This document shows positions 13,951 through 26,186 of a stretch of DNA of 64,000 nucleotides, one piece after another (within the stretch, counting starts at the first letter, position 1; each line of letters begins with the position of its first letter). The stretch comes from Epiperipatus broadwayi. Its lineage: Eukaryota > Animalia > Onychophora. The stretch is taken from positions 12,152,001 to 12,216,000 of the forward strand of contig JAQFVV010000009.1 in the NCBI GenBank assembly GCA_028023455.1, in the 5' to 3' direction. The position numbers were made by a program, and so were the translations under genes. Under the pieces are notes generated by a model. It was not told the DNA's origin, did no database searches, and saw only the letters and a program-made list of their open reading frames with translations.

Positions 13951-16900
13951 TGTGTCCCCAACTATGACTGGTGACCAGCAAACAAATATTCAATAAACTC
14001 GACAGATAATAGCACATATATATTTAGCAATAATAATTTATTAACAATTAGGAAAAAGAATTACTATACTGATCTTTAACACAAATATAAAGTCTGCATT
14101 TGAACGAGCTTAATTCAAAGATTAATTACTGAATAGCAAATATACCTGGGTCTCGTTTTATGCGGTAGATAGTTTCCACAGAAAACCCGCATTAAAAAAA
14201 ATCACACAAAAATAGACTTAACTTACCTTGAAAAATGGGGGATAGGTTCTGTAATTTTCAGAAATGGCATAAAAGCAAAGCAACAAGGAAAAATTACTTT
14301 AAAATTCGCATTAAAAAAAATAAGGAAATAAAGTATGACTAATAAAAAATATCAAATATTTGAAAAATATTGATACAAGATAAACTTTTTTTACCTTTTT
14401 TTATTAACTACAATATTTAATTTTACATTTTTTCATATGTATTTTAATCATTATCGCTATTTGACGATATGCGGTTCATTTGTAAACTGGTAAGAAATCA
14501 GATTCGTCATAAGAGGAAGTACAACTGGTGCCACTTTCAGTCTTGTGCTGTGTTAATGGTTTTCTGTTGATAATGTAATCGGTGATTAAACTTTGAGACA
14601 AGGATTTTACTAATTATTTATAAAGCTCGCGATATCCAGACATATAACTATTTAGCTCTTGTAGGAATTTAAGAAGTTGTTCATTGCAGGAAACTGTCAG
14701 ATTTCAGCATTTTCTGACATTTGTCTTTATCTCACACATCAACCTAAAATCTATGATTAACTGATTTTTACTACTGAAATAAATTTTAAATGTTCACATT
14801 TTGTTTATATATTAAAAAAATGAGATCGCAATCAAAACAAAAAGATTATACATTATCATTAGAAAGATTATTTTCAGTTTATAAAATCAATAAAATCTTC
14901 GTTATTTATTTTAAAAATCTAAGATTATTTATTTCTGTTATATCTAACAAAATACGTTTTATAAGTTTAAATTTTTGAATATTTATTGCAATATTTTTAT
15001 ACGTAAGTATAAATCTATTATTATTATTTACTCATTAGTATAAGTAGGTTATTTACATAGAAGCTAAGATTCTAAATACAGCTTCAGGTCATACTTACTT
15101 TAGTTGTTAATATAACGTTATATTTTTGAAAAAAAAATTAAAAAAAGTATTTCAAGTCAAAATAAGTTATTAATATTTTAAATTTCTTGATATCTAATAA
15201 ATATAGTGAAATATGAAAGATATTAAAAAGAAACATGAATTGCATAGCTTCAAAATCGCATTAAAATAATGCGCATAAAATGAGACTCAAGTGTAATGTT
15301 TATAATGGTTAGGTAAGCTATTATTCATTTTACCTTCACTAACGTCTATAGTCTTTATAATACAACTCTCGACGAGCATCTTGAGGCATTTCAAAATAAT
15401 AATAAGACCAAAACGGTCTGTTAAAAGCACTAGTCGGCTTAATGACCTACAGAAGCCAAGATCCTGGGGATGAAATCCTCTGATGATGATCTTCACTGTT
15501 CTTCAACTCGTGGACACAGTAACGGTACAGCAACCACAGAAAAAAGCCAACAATCCTTTTTCTCTAGCTCTTTATATCCATCTCTTATTCTGTTTCTCTT
15601 ATCTTTTCTGGAATAAATTCTTTGGATTTAATTAATCAGTTTGCTTAATTAATTTACAAATTTATTTAAATGCACATTGATTAATTTACATATTATTTAG
15701 AGATTGTTATCATACAAAAAAATTCCTCTTACCTTTTTAATTATACAATTTACTCTCTTAGGAATTTATTTCCATATACGGTAAGTTTTTAAGGTTTCTA
15801 TAATATTAATCAATCCTAAGAATTTATTTCCATATCTGTAAGGTTTTAGATCTATACAATTAATTAGAGTCTTAGGAATTCATTTCCATATAAGGTAATT
15901 TATAAGGTCTATTCCATTAATTAATATATACATGTGTCTATGTTTATTTAAACTACGTTTAATTGAAACATTTCTTTTCAACAATTTATTTATTAGCATT
16001 TTTATGTTTAAAATATTATTTAATATTTTACACTCCTCTCCTTACTCCAGAAAATAGTTTAGGCTTACATATAGTCATTGAATCTGGTCGGTCTTCATAT
16101 CTGACGTCTGAATGATCTAATTGTTAATCTGGTTGATTTCGGTGTTGATTCTAGTTCCCGTTCTATTCTTTCGGGTTCCATTTTGCAGCTTTATGGTTTT
16201 TTCCTCTTCATCCTCGATCCGTATTCCATGTGGTGTTGGTTCCGCTGTGTCTTGTATTTGTTGACCTTCATCTTTTGGCATGAGCACTGTAATTTTCCAA
16301 TCTTCTTTGAAAAGCCGATGGACATGATTTACATGTCTTCTGTATGATGTTCCATCCTAGACTTGGATGATTGCTATTGTATTTGATAACATTTTGGCAA
16401 TTATTCCTTTAACCCATTTCTTCCGGATTATATCTCGAACCCAAACTCTGTCACCTATTTACGTACTTTTCCAGTCCATTGTTTGTATTTTTTTATTTTT
16501 GCGGCCAGCTACATATTTTACTCTCAGTTTATAAATTTCCAGTTCTTTTTCTAAAACTGTAACATCTTTTTGAAATGATTCAGTGCAGCTGTCATCTTGT
16601 TTCCAGGGCAGGTGGCTTAAATATATGGCCCACCCTTCACAGAGTTACAATGCCTTTTGTTGGCACTATCTGTCATTTCTACAGTTTGCTGAATGAAGGG
16701 AAATTTACTAGTTTTATAGACAGAGGGTCACACATTTTCTCGCAACTCTTTATAAAAGAAATTTGGCTTTTTGTTTGCCGTTTCTCAATCAAAATGGATT
16801 TTTTTAATAATTTTAATTTGGATTCCTAGTTCATGGAATCACTCCCTCCCAAGAGTAGAGTTAATCTTCCCTTTTAACAATGTATAGTGGTAAATTCATT

Positions 16901-18715
16901 TTTTTACTGCAATAATTGATAGGTGCTGTCACAGGGCCTAATAATCTTAGCGCATTTGCATTTACATCATGCACTTTAATGTTCATTTTCTCCCAATTTA
17001 TTTTCCACGTTATCAGATGACAGTGACATCCAGTCTGTTAGTGACATCAGAGAAATACCTGTCCCACTATCTATCTCCATCAACAGTTACTTTTCCGCAA
17101 AGTCTCCGCTTCATCATAAACTGATTTAGAACTTGGGTGGCCATGTTTTTAATCATATAGTAACCTCTCCTAGTTCCTTGCATAGATAATTTATTTCTGC
17201 AAATATGAGCAAAATGCCCTTTTTGTCCACATTTAAAACATGACTCTTTATGCCACTTACATTCTTTTGATATGGGCCTCTTTTACCGCACAAAAACATG
17301 TTACTCTCACAATCTTAGTTTTCTCAGCTTTCAAAGGCACAACTTTTCCGGTTCTGCTTTAAACGCACTCGTTCTAGGGTTTCATCCCTATGTGTGCTAA
17401 AAACCGGAGCCTGTTCAAGCGTTAACTCATATGCTATGCCTTTCTTAATGGCCATCTCGTACATAATCTCCGGTTCCGTGAGAAATTGCTGCCTGAGGTT
17501 ATAGTCAGACAGTCCCTATAGTAACTAGTTCATGAGTATTTCATCCATGAATTTACCATACCCATAATTTTGGGTCAATTCTCTAAGAGCTGCATTATAC
17601 TCTTTAATTTTCTCATTTTCTAGCTGCTTCCTTCTTCGCAAGGTTAAATGAACTATGTGCCATATACTTTACTTTCTCAGTAATAGATATCTCAAACAAT
17701 GTATTAATGACTTCTATTACTTTAATATGCAAACACAAGTGTCGCTACTTTCCTTTTGTTATCTTCAATTCCATTCAATATAAAGAAGTTCTATAACTGC
17801 ATAATATACAAAGGCCATTCATGACACATTGCTAACCTCGAATTCAGGTATATTATTCTGCCCAAAAGCATTCATGACAATTAACCTTACAACTAACTTT
17901 AATGACTATAATTCCGTACTTTACTCCCTAAGTTCGAAAACCTAAATGCCAGAAACTTACTAATGGCTTAAACTCTTTCCTATTTCTCTAGGTTAAAACA
18001 ACAACGACTGCCAATAATTTGGCTTTTTAAATTTATTCACTATTCACAGATTTGATGCGACTGCGCCAATAATTTACTGTGTTCCAACTATGACTGTGTG
18101 ACCAGCAAACATATTTAGCAATAATAATTTATTAACAATTAGGAAAAAAAATTACTATACTGATCTTTAACAGAAATATAAAGTCTGCATTTGAAGGAGC
18201 TTAATACACAAATTACTGAATAGCAAATAATGTTTATAATGTTTAGATAAGAAATACCTTCACTAATGTCTATAGTCTTTGTAATACAATCCTCGACAAG
18301 CTTCTTGCGGCATTCAAAATAGTAATAAAACCAAAACAGTCTGTTAAAAGCACTAGTCGACTTAGTGATCTACAGGATCTGAGATCCTGGGAATGAAATC
18401 CTCTGATGATGATCTTCATTGCTCTTCAACTCATGGACACAATGATGGTAGCAGCAACCACAGAAAGAGACAACAGTCCTTTTTCTCTAGTTTTTTATAT
18501 CCATCTCTTCTTTTATTTCTCTTATCTTTTCTGCAGTAAATTCTTTGGCTTTAATTAATTAGTTCACTTAATTAATTTACGTATTATTTAGAGTTTGTTA
18601 TCATACAACAAAATTCCTCTTAGCTTTTTAATTATACAATTAATTACTCTCTTAGGAATTTATTTCCATATACATCAAGTTTTTTAAGGTTTATAATATT
18701 AATTAATCTTAGGAG
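13951..18715 (-). mobile_element. Ty3/Gypsy (Mag-like) LTR retrotransposon, internally deleted, 5' LTR truncated
   Basis: The 3' LTR spans 13951-16032 (interrupted by a DNA transposon) and the 5' LTR spans 18078-~18715. A PBS-like TGGCGCAGTCG is at 18068-18058 and a PPT GGAGTAAGGAGAGGAG at 16048-16033. Remnants include gag (RRRKQLENE..LREL), two zinc knuckles (CFLCGKRGP, CFKCGQKGHFAHIC), protease MEIDSG, and an integrase C-terminal GDRVWVR..W..G.I..DG...RRHVNHV. Confidence 0.9.
14143..15293 (-). mobile_element. Non-autonomous Tc1/mariner-superfamily (pogo/Tigger-like) TIR element
   Basis: Termini are tacctgggtctc... and ...gagactcaagtg. The TA target duplication is shown by the uninterrupted sister LTR (agcaaa-TA-atgttt near 18225). 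14143-~14650 is the reverse complement of ~43665-44188. Confidence 0.85.
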
Positions 18716-18829
18716 TGGATTATATATAAAAAAAAAATCAGTAAATTCATTGTAACTAAAAGCAGAAAATTATTAAGAGTAATAATTTTCTCAAAACAGT
18801 GATAGAAAATAACATAGTACAACCCGAGT

Positions 18830-19030
18830 TGTACATTTTAAGTGGCTGATGTCAGTAGATAAAATGATCCATAGTCAAAAACTAATGCCCAGTGTTTTTT
18901 GTGGGTATAAAGACTTTCTGCAAATGATATTCATAGAAAACTGCTTCTTGTTATGATATAAAATATTTCTAGTGATAAGTAATTCTCAATGTTTTAATGA
19001 TGAAGTACACTAATGGCCGATTTAATAAAT
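18830..19030 (+). mobile_element. Decayed mariner transposase N-terminal fragment
   Basis: Reads VFLWV*RLSANDIHRKL, resembling the mariner HTH segment (IRFLWAKGxSAxDIHREL). Confidence 0.45.
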
Positions 19031-19163
19031 AAAAACATGTTTATCATATTTTCAAGGGATTAGTAAAGCAATGATAAATATAACATAAATCTTTTTAAAT
19101 TCATGATACTTGTTTTGCTTTTTGTAACTATTTGTAACTTTTTTATTTATTTCCCTCATACTA

Positions 19164-19316
<153 letters not shown>

Positions 19317-20814
19317 TTAGATAATTATAATATAAAAAAAAAAGGCTGAAAAATAATAATTAAATATAACATTTAATAATTTAAATAAAACTAATTAACA
19401 ATTTAAAAACACATTTAAAATTATACTTACATTAATGTTATTACTTTTATTTAAATTATTTTCATTAATTAAAAAAAAAAAAAGTAGATGATTGCAATTA
19501 TTTGTTGATCCTGATTTGTTTATCCCAAAATATTCTAAATAATTAACTGAGTTCAATAAATCCACTATCAAACATTCTGAAATTTTGAGATTTTAACTTT
19601 TCTTCAACAAATCTTTTCAAATATAAAGTTCTCTTCATTCTACTCCAGAACCAGTTATTGTAAGCTTGAGTAGTCAATGAACAAAAATAATTATATTATA
19701 ATCATATTTCCAGATTAGTTCAGGGCTTAAGGCCTTCATCAGTGAAGACTTTGAATTCCAAATATACTTCATATCAGAAATAAACAGTAGCTGATTGCTT
19801 GATATGAAAAGTCCCCACTAATGAAGGTTACAAGCCATAACTATGCTGGGAAAATGAATATAATACTTTTAATATCTAGAACCCATTGATTACTCAAATT
19901 GACCATAAATAGCTTCTGAATATAATAAAAAGAACTGGCCCTAACTGTTTATATTAAATGTAAACAAGAACAGCTCTGTGATACTTTATTGATAATTACA
20001 ATAATTTAAAACCACTTCACACATATTTAAACATATATTTTTCAATAACTTATTTAAAATGCTTCTCTATCCTTCCCCAACTTTGTAATATTTCCAATCA
20101 CTTATACTGTTTGTGAGTTTGAGAACTAAAACTTCCTAAACCAGTCATTAAATTCCTAAATTTAAAAAAAAAAAATCAGTTTAATAAATTAATATTGTAG
20201 TCAGACTCTTATTCAGTATGCCTAATGTTACAATCTTCTAAATAATTAAGTATACATAAAATTACCCAATGAATCATTCATAATGCACTTAGTATTTAAT
20301 GGTATCATAGATATTTCAATTAGAAAGTATGTTAATAATTCTAATTCTTAGCTCAGAACCTGTCCAAGATTACATACTTTTTTTTTCCTTTAATTTTTTC
20401 CAAATCCAAACTTATTCCATTGCAAAAAAAAAATTTTTTTTTTTTTTCATTTTAATGATATAAAAAACTCTATGAACTGATCATGTATTTATAATGATAG
20501 AATACAGTAGCAAAAACCTGGCAAATAAGATCATAACATCCTATTACATGGTTACCTCCATCTGCCTTTACTATAACAATTCTATGAATACAAATGAGAC
20601 CTAGCACACACACACACATACAAAAATAAAACAATGCCTATAAGTCATAAACCAAGAGTGAAAAAAGAAGTGCAAGAAGATATTGAACAAGATTTAATGC
20701 GTCATAATATGTCAAGACATAGATTGATTTATTTTCTTAAGTATAGACATATTTTTAATCAGAAAATATTGGATTGCAAGAGTTAACAAAAAGTTATTAA
20801 TATTATTTCTTGTT

Positions 20815-22740
20815 AAGATGAAGAAATCCACGAGACATCTTTTCAGTTATTGACCAAAGCTTATGCTATGCACTGCATGTTTCGTATATTACATTTTCAA
20901 TCATTATTAATTCATTGCAGAATTGTCTTTCCAAGTTTCATCCAGTTTCTTCAATCTCTAGCATCTTCTCACAACACACCAGCAAACTTCCTTATTTCAT
21001 CCATACATCTCACGTATGAGCTCTTTTTAGATTTTTTTCAATTTTTGAAAATCCAATTTAAGACTTCAACTGTTCATCAATTATCATCTCGTCTCATATA
21101 TGGTCTCTTTTAAGAATTTTTTACAATTTTATGGAATCCAATTTAAGACTTCAACTGCTCATCTATTATCATCTCTTCTTGCAGTATGTCCAGTCCAATT
21201 TCTTAATTCTTTCAATGATGTCAATGGCACATTTTATTCAACAATTTCATTTTTGATCTCCTCTTGTTATTCCTAATATTAGTCCATATTTCAATTAATG
21301 GTCTGAAGTTTCTATATATTACTCTTCTATTATGTGTCTAAGTCTCAGATCCATAAGTAAGAATCCGGTAAAACACATCTAAAAAATTTCCTTTTTTTAG
21401 GTATATTTTCTTCTAATATTATTTCTACCAAAAGCACTCCATTCAAGTTTAATTCTGTAATCTGACAAATGTATTTATAGTTAACTTTTTCTAAATCATG
21501 ATTATCAATTTTTATTTTCTTCTCCGAAAAACCGTTCACTATTACTTTAATTTTTTTTAGCATGTATTTTTAGTCCTACTTTCTTATTTTCATCTGATAA
21601 CTTTTGTAATATTTCCTAAAGTTCTAAAGCATTATTTGTCAAAAACTGTCACATCATTTACAACATCGAAACGACTTAAATAATCTCCATATACTTTTAC
21701 TCCTTTAACTTCTTATTTTAATGCACCAAATACTAATTGTAAAACTGCTATAAAAAGTTTGGAGATGCGAAATTATCCTTTCATACACCTTTCTCAATAT
21801 TGATTTTTTTTAGTTTCACCATGTAATGTAATCATTGCTGTTGTGTTTTGATAAATATACTTTAGAATATGACAATATCTTGGATCAATATCCTGATGGT
21901 CCAATGCTTTAAATACCATGGTTTTACTTATAAAATCTAATGCCATTTCATAATTTAAAAATCCAAAACATAATGGCAATATTATTCATTGGTTTTTCTA
22001 ATAACTGCTCTCAACACTTGGATGTAATCCACTGTTAAAAACCATTTTAAATCCAGTTTATTCTTTTGATTGGTTAAAATTAAAAGTTAGTTGTAAATGA
22101 GTTGTAATTATCTTGATAACTAATAGATTGATAGGTCTGTATTTTGTAATATTGTCTTTATCATCTCTTAAATATCAATATTAGTATTGCATTCTACAAA
22201 CCATCTGGTATATTTTTATAATTTTGACAACTGGCATATAATTTTACTAACAATTTTCCAGTTTCTTCATTTGGTTCCTTCAAGATATTAATTATATTTC
22301 TATCATTTTCTGGAATTTTTTCCTCTCTTCATAAATTTAATTGTAGATCTTATTTCTTCACTTTTTGCTGTGCATTTAGACAATGAATATAACTGTAGGG
22401 GATACTTTATGTTGTTGTTCATTTGTATATAATTATTTATTGAACACTTTCACACATTTCATGATGTCGGGATCTTTTTTAATAATAGTTCCATCTTTTC
22501 TTCTTAATGCAGAAACAACTATCCTTCCAACACAAAGATGTTGTTTTACACTTTTAAAGCTTGAGTAGTAATTTTTTGATAAATAGTGTATGCTGTTTTT
22601 ATATTGTAGCATTTTAATATAAGACCAATACGGTTTGTAATTCCTTTTATATAAGGAGCACAAATCCTAATAGTTGTTTCTTCTTTTTTGGTTTTTTATT
22701 TTATTTTGGCTTGGATTAAGGCTTAGTAAATATTTTTCTT
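20815..22740 (-). mobile_element. Degenerate RTE-clade LINE
   Basis: Fragments PLCFGFLNYE, KALDHQDIDPRYCHILK and LSDENKKVGLKI. Homologous to the + strand copy at 40500-42652. Carries an internal direct duplication near 21020-21180. Confidence 0.85.
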
Positions 22741-22899
22741 CTTCTTTCAGATTGATTTATCTGAAAGGTTAATTACTTTGGTGAAAAGAGTTTTGACTAA
22801 AGAAAAAATCTGAGTTGGATGATAATGTGATGAAAATTGTAAATATCTGTCTGTATATGTGTTTTTTTCTGAAAAATGAATTTTTTTTTTTCTATTGAT

Positions 22900-23215
22900 G
22901 AAATTTTAATTGTTATAAATCAGTGCTTAGAGTGCCTCTACAACCATCTTTATAATATTCTATTCATCACTCAGTTGATGACTTGTGTGATCAAACTGAA
23001 ATGTCGGTATAATCATAATGAAAATCACATGGTTGAACCCACAAAATATATCATTTATATATACAATACATAGATCAAAAGAAATAGTCCCACTGCAAAA
23101 GGAAAATATCTCAGCCCTTTATTCATATGAACTAATGAAAAAGGCATTCTTCACCAGACTTGCTAATTGCCAAGTGGTGAGCATTTTCCCATTTTTGTTT
23201 TACTGTCTGCCATAA
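22900..23215 (-). mobile_element. Possible LINE reverse-transcriptase fragment
   Basis: The minus frame gives GTISFDLCIVYINDIF, resembling the GSxLGPxLFxxYINDL RT motif. Confidence 0.35.
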
Positions 23216-24014
23216 GACAAGATAGATATTAATTTACAATCAATATTGAATAGATAGTTATATTTGCCAAGGGCCAGCTATTAGAAAGAAAAATTCTAAG
23301 ACTGAATAGAACATGAAAAAATTTGAATCACAAATTATCAGCATAGTAGATAAAAGCACTACCACTATGCAATGAGAACCTTTACAATACAATACAGATG
23401 TATAAAACAACTTTTTTAAAGTAATCCATTTCCGGTAAAAAATATTCTCAAGTTTTTAAATGAGGCATCAATGATGAAAAGATATTATTAACCAGGCTAG
23501 TAGAAATCAATTGAAATTAATACTGGGGATGGATTTTCCGTGTATTATATAAGACAATATTTGCACATACATAAGCTTAACAAAATAGTGATCAGAATTA
23601 ATTACTAACAAATTCTGTAGTAATAAAATTAAGAACTTGTTCAGTAGAAACTTTTAGAATAAGATGATATGTATATAGCTGATTGACAAAAGAAAAAGTG
23701 AAAAAATGCATCAATTAAACAAGCTTTTAATAGAAGAATCAAATTATTTTGTAGGTCATTAAATGATGATATTAAAAAAAGAGATTTGTAGTTTTTCTAC
23801 TGGAATCTAGTTTTAAATAAACCAAAAATTTGGACAAGTAAGATTAAGCATATTGATATATTACAAGGGGAAGTCATAAATAGGTTTTATACATTAGAAA
23901 GTAAAATGCTTCTTGAGGGGAGGGGGATCTTACTTGCTAAAAAAAAAATCCGACTAGGTATTGTAGAGTTGTAATTATATTTTGAGCGCACAGGAAGTAT
24001 ATGTAAATACTTAA

Positions 24015-24331
24015 TCAGGCTTTAACCTGTAACGAATGCGCTTTAAAATTTCTAATAATCAAGCAATATTATTTTGCTGATAGAGGGACCTCACAAACCA
24101 CGACACAAGATAGCGACTTTTATAAAGATAAGAGCGGCCGTCTTATTTTTAACCTAAGATAGCGACTTTTATAAAGATAAGAGCAGCTGTCTTATCTTTA
24201 ACCTAACTTTAGTTAAAGATAAGATGGCTGCTCTTATCTTTATAAAAATCGTTGTGAGGTTCCTATTGGCAAAATAATATTGCTCAACTATTAGAAATTT
24301 TAAGGCACATTCGTTACAAGTTAAAGCCTGT
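24015..24331. mobile_element. Foldback MITE with about 80-bp TIRs, TTAA-flanked
   Basis: caggctttaacctgtaacgaatg...ggacctcaca versus tgtgaggttcc...cattcgttacaagttaaagcctg. TTAA lies at 24011-24014 and 24332-24335. There is an internal ~47-bp tandem duplication and an inner palindrome. Confidence 0.8.
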
Positions 24332-25399
24332 TTAAATAAAGCATTATAAATATTATTAAAAATATTACCATTAATCCCAATCCCTAACTCTCATCCTTTA
24401 ATTTTTTTGCTATTTTTTTATTTTATTTTGTGAAATATTTTTCCTTAAGGATTATCTATCATTAAGAATAATATGTATAATAATAGTCAGAAACTACTCT
24501 GAGAATTTGCTGAGTATTAATATTTAATATCCATTAAGAATGGATTATTGATCCTAATATATATCTTAAATATAATTTAAGAATCTTGTGATGTTTTGTT
24601 TGATAAGGATTTTTATGTATTAAAAAATCAGAATCGCTATTATTCTAACCTTTGCAATCTGGCTATTCAGATGCAAGTGTATATTTGAAAATGCTAATTG
24701 TGGTATCTGCAACATCTACATCAAATTACTCAAGCGGCTCATGAACAGAGATAGATTGCTGTCTCCAGACTGGCTTTTTCAAGAAACCTGGACTAGGGTC
24801 ACCCTCCCGGAAGAGTGAAGGAGAGCAATGGCCCCAGTCTCGGACCACAGCAGGCTCTACAGAGTGAATGCCTTGCAATAGTGTAAAAAGAATATAGCTA
24901 TGTATAGATAAACATGTTCAATTGTATCTAATAAATTTTAATTTATTTTTAATAAAAAAAAAAAAGAAATGCCAATCTAATTCAAATTGATTATAATCTA
25001 GATAATATACATTGCACATGTTTAGTAGTTGATTTCAGTAGTTAAATTGTCAACTATATTCAACCAAATACTATCAAAAGAACAACAAGCTTTTGGGCAT
25101 TCCTCTAAAAACTATTCATTAAAAAAAGATTTCTTGTTTATAATTAAAATATTTATCACATCAAGTTATTCATAACAATACAGAAATTATCGCACAGATA
25201 CTCAAAAATCTTTTTCCCTTAAACCGCTAATTATATTATTGGTTGTATGAGGTAAAAATCAAATCTTTTAATTGGCCAACTCACAAACTGAAGACAAAGC
25301 CTATTGTTAAAACATATTCGCCTATAATATTAAATTCAACTCAGATATGTTTATAAAAAGTATATTACTAATTTTTCAGGGTATTGAAAGAGAACGAAA

Positions 25400-25990
25400 G
25401 TTCTTTCAAAAATAAATTGTTATTTATTTATTATAAAATATATTCAATTTCGGCAAATATAAAGCGAATGTCTAAACAAAAAAGTGGTGATGCAAACGCT
25501 TTTTTTCAATGTTACATTATTGAAAAGTAAAGATTTCTTTTTGCTAAATCTTAAATATTTTTACTAAAATCTTCAATATTTTTCGAAAATAATTTTGTTT
25601 TTTTGGTATATTTTTTAAAAAACTAGTTTAATTTCTCAAATTATATTTTTTTAATACTTAAAATTGCATTCGAAATGAAAATCTCAGCGTTTTTCTTTAT
25701 TTTCTTTGATCAGGCGGTTTCTTTGTTCTTTCCAGCCAATCAGAATGTCTTTTTCAGCTGAGAGCTCGCTGACAACCAATGACTGACAATGTTCTTTCTT
25801 TGTTTAGGTTTAAATGCGGTTTTTTTGATTTTTTACTTGTAAAATAATTCGGAAGAGGGCACCATCTTACAGAACTTTTAAAAATCTAATCAATACCTGT
25901 CAAACGAATATTTTAGCATAAGAACTGGCAGAGTTAGAGTGACGTCAGATGTCGACGGGTTAAACAATAAGAGTGAAAATGTCTTGGAAG
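25400..25990. promoter_or_regulatory. Candidate promoter (possibly of GMPPB)
   Basis: Local CpG retention in an otherwise CpG-poor region, two CCAAT boxes (~25736, ~25777), a CRE palindrome TGACGTCA (~25940), and minus-strand donor-like sites (CAG|GTATTG near 25898). Confidence 0.45.
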
Positions 25991-26186
25991 AAAATTTTTT
26001 AAAAATAAAAATTGCAAAAAATTAACTAAATAGAAATATTATTTAAAGTTTCCTTTATGAAAAATGAATGATAAATAGAATTTTAAGCTATTTGTTTTAA
26101 GATTACTAATACAATAGTAAAAACATATCAATGTTAATGGAGATGATTAAAAATAAATGTCTTTTTTGTGTGTTCATATCATGGTC

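Noticed and set aside
24770-24880. HDV-like ribozyme in the GC-rich island
   Set aside because: A P3-like ctc/gag stem exists, but I found no matching P1/P2 pairings or canonical L3 on either strand.
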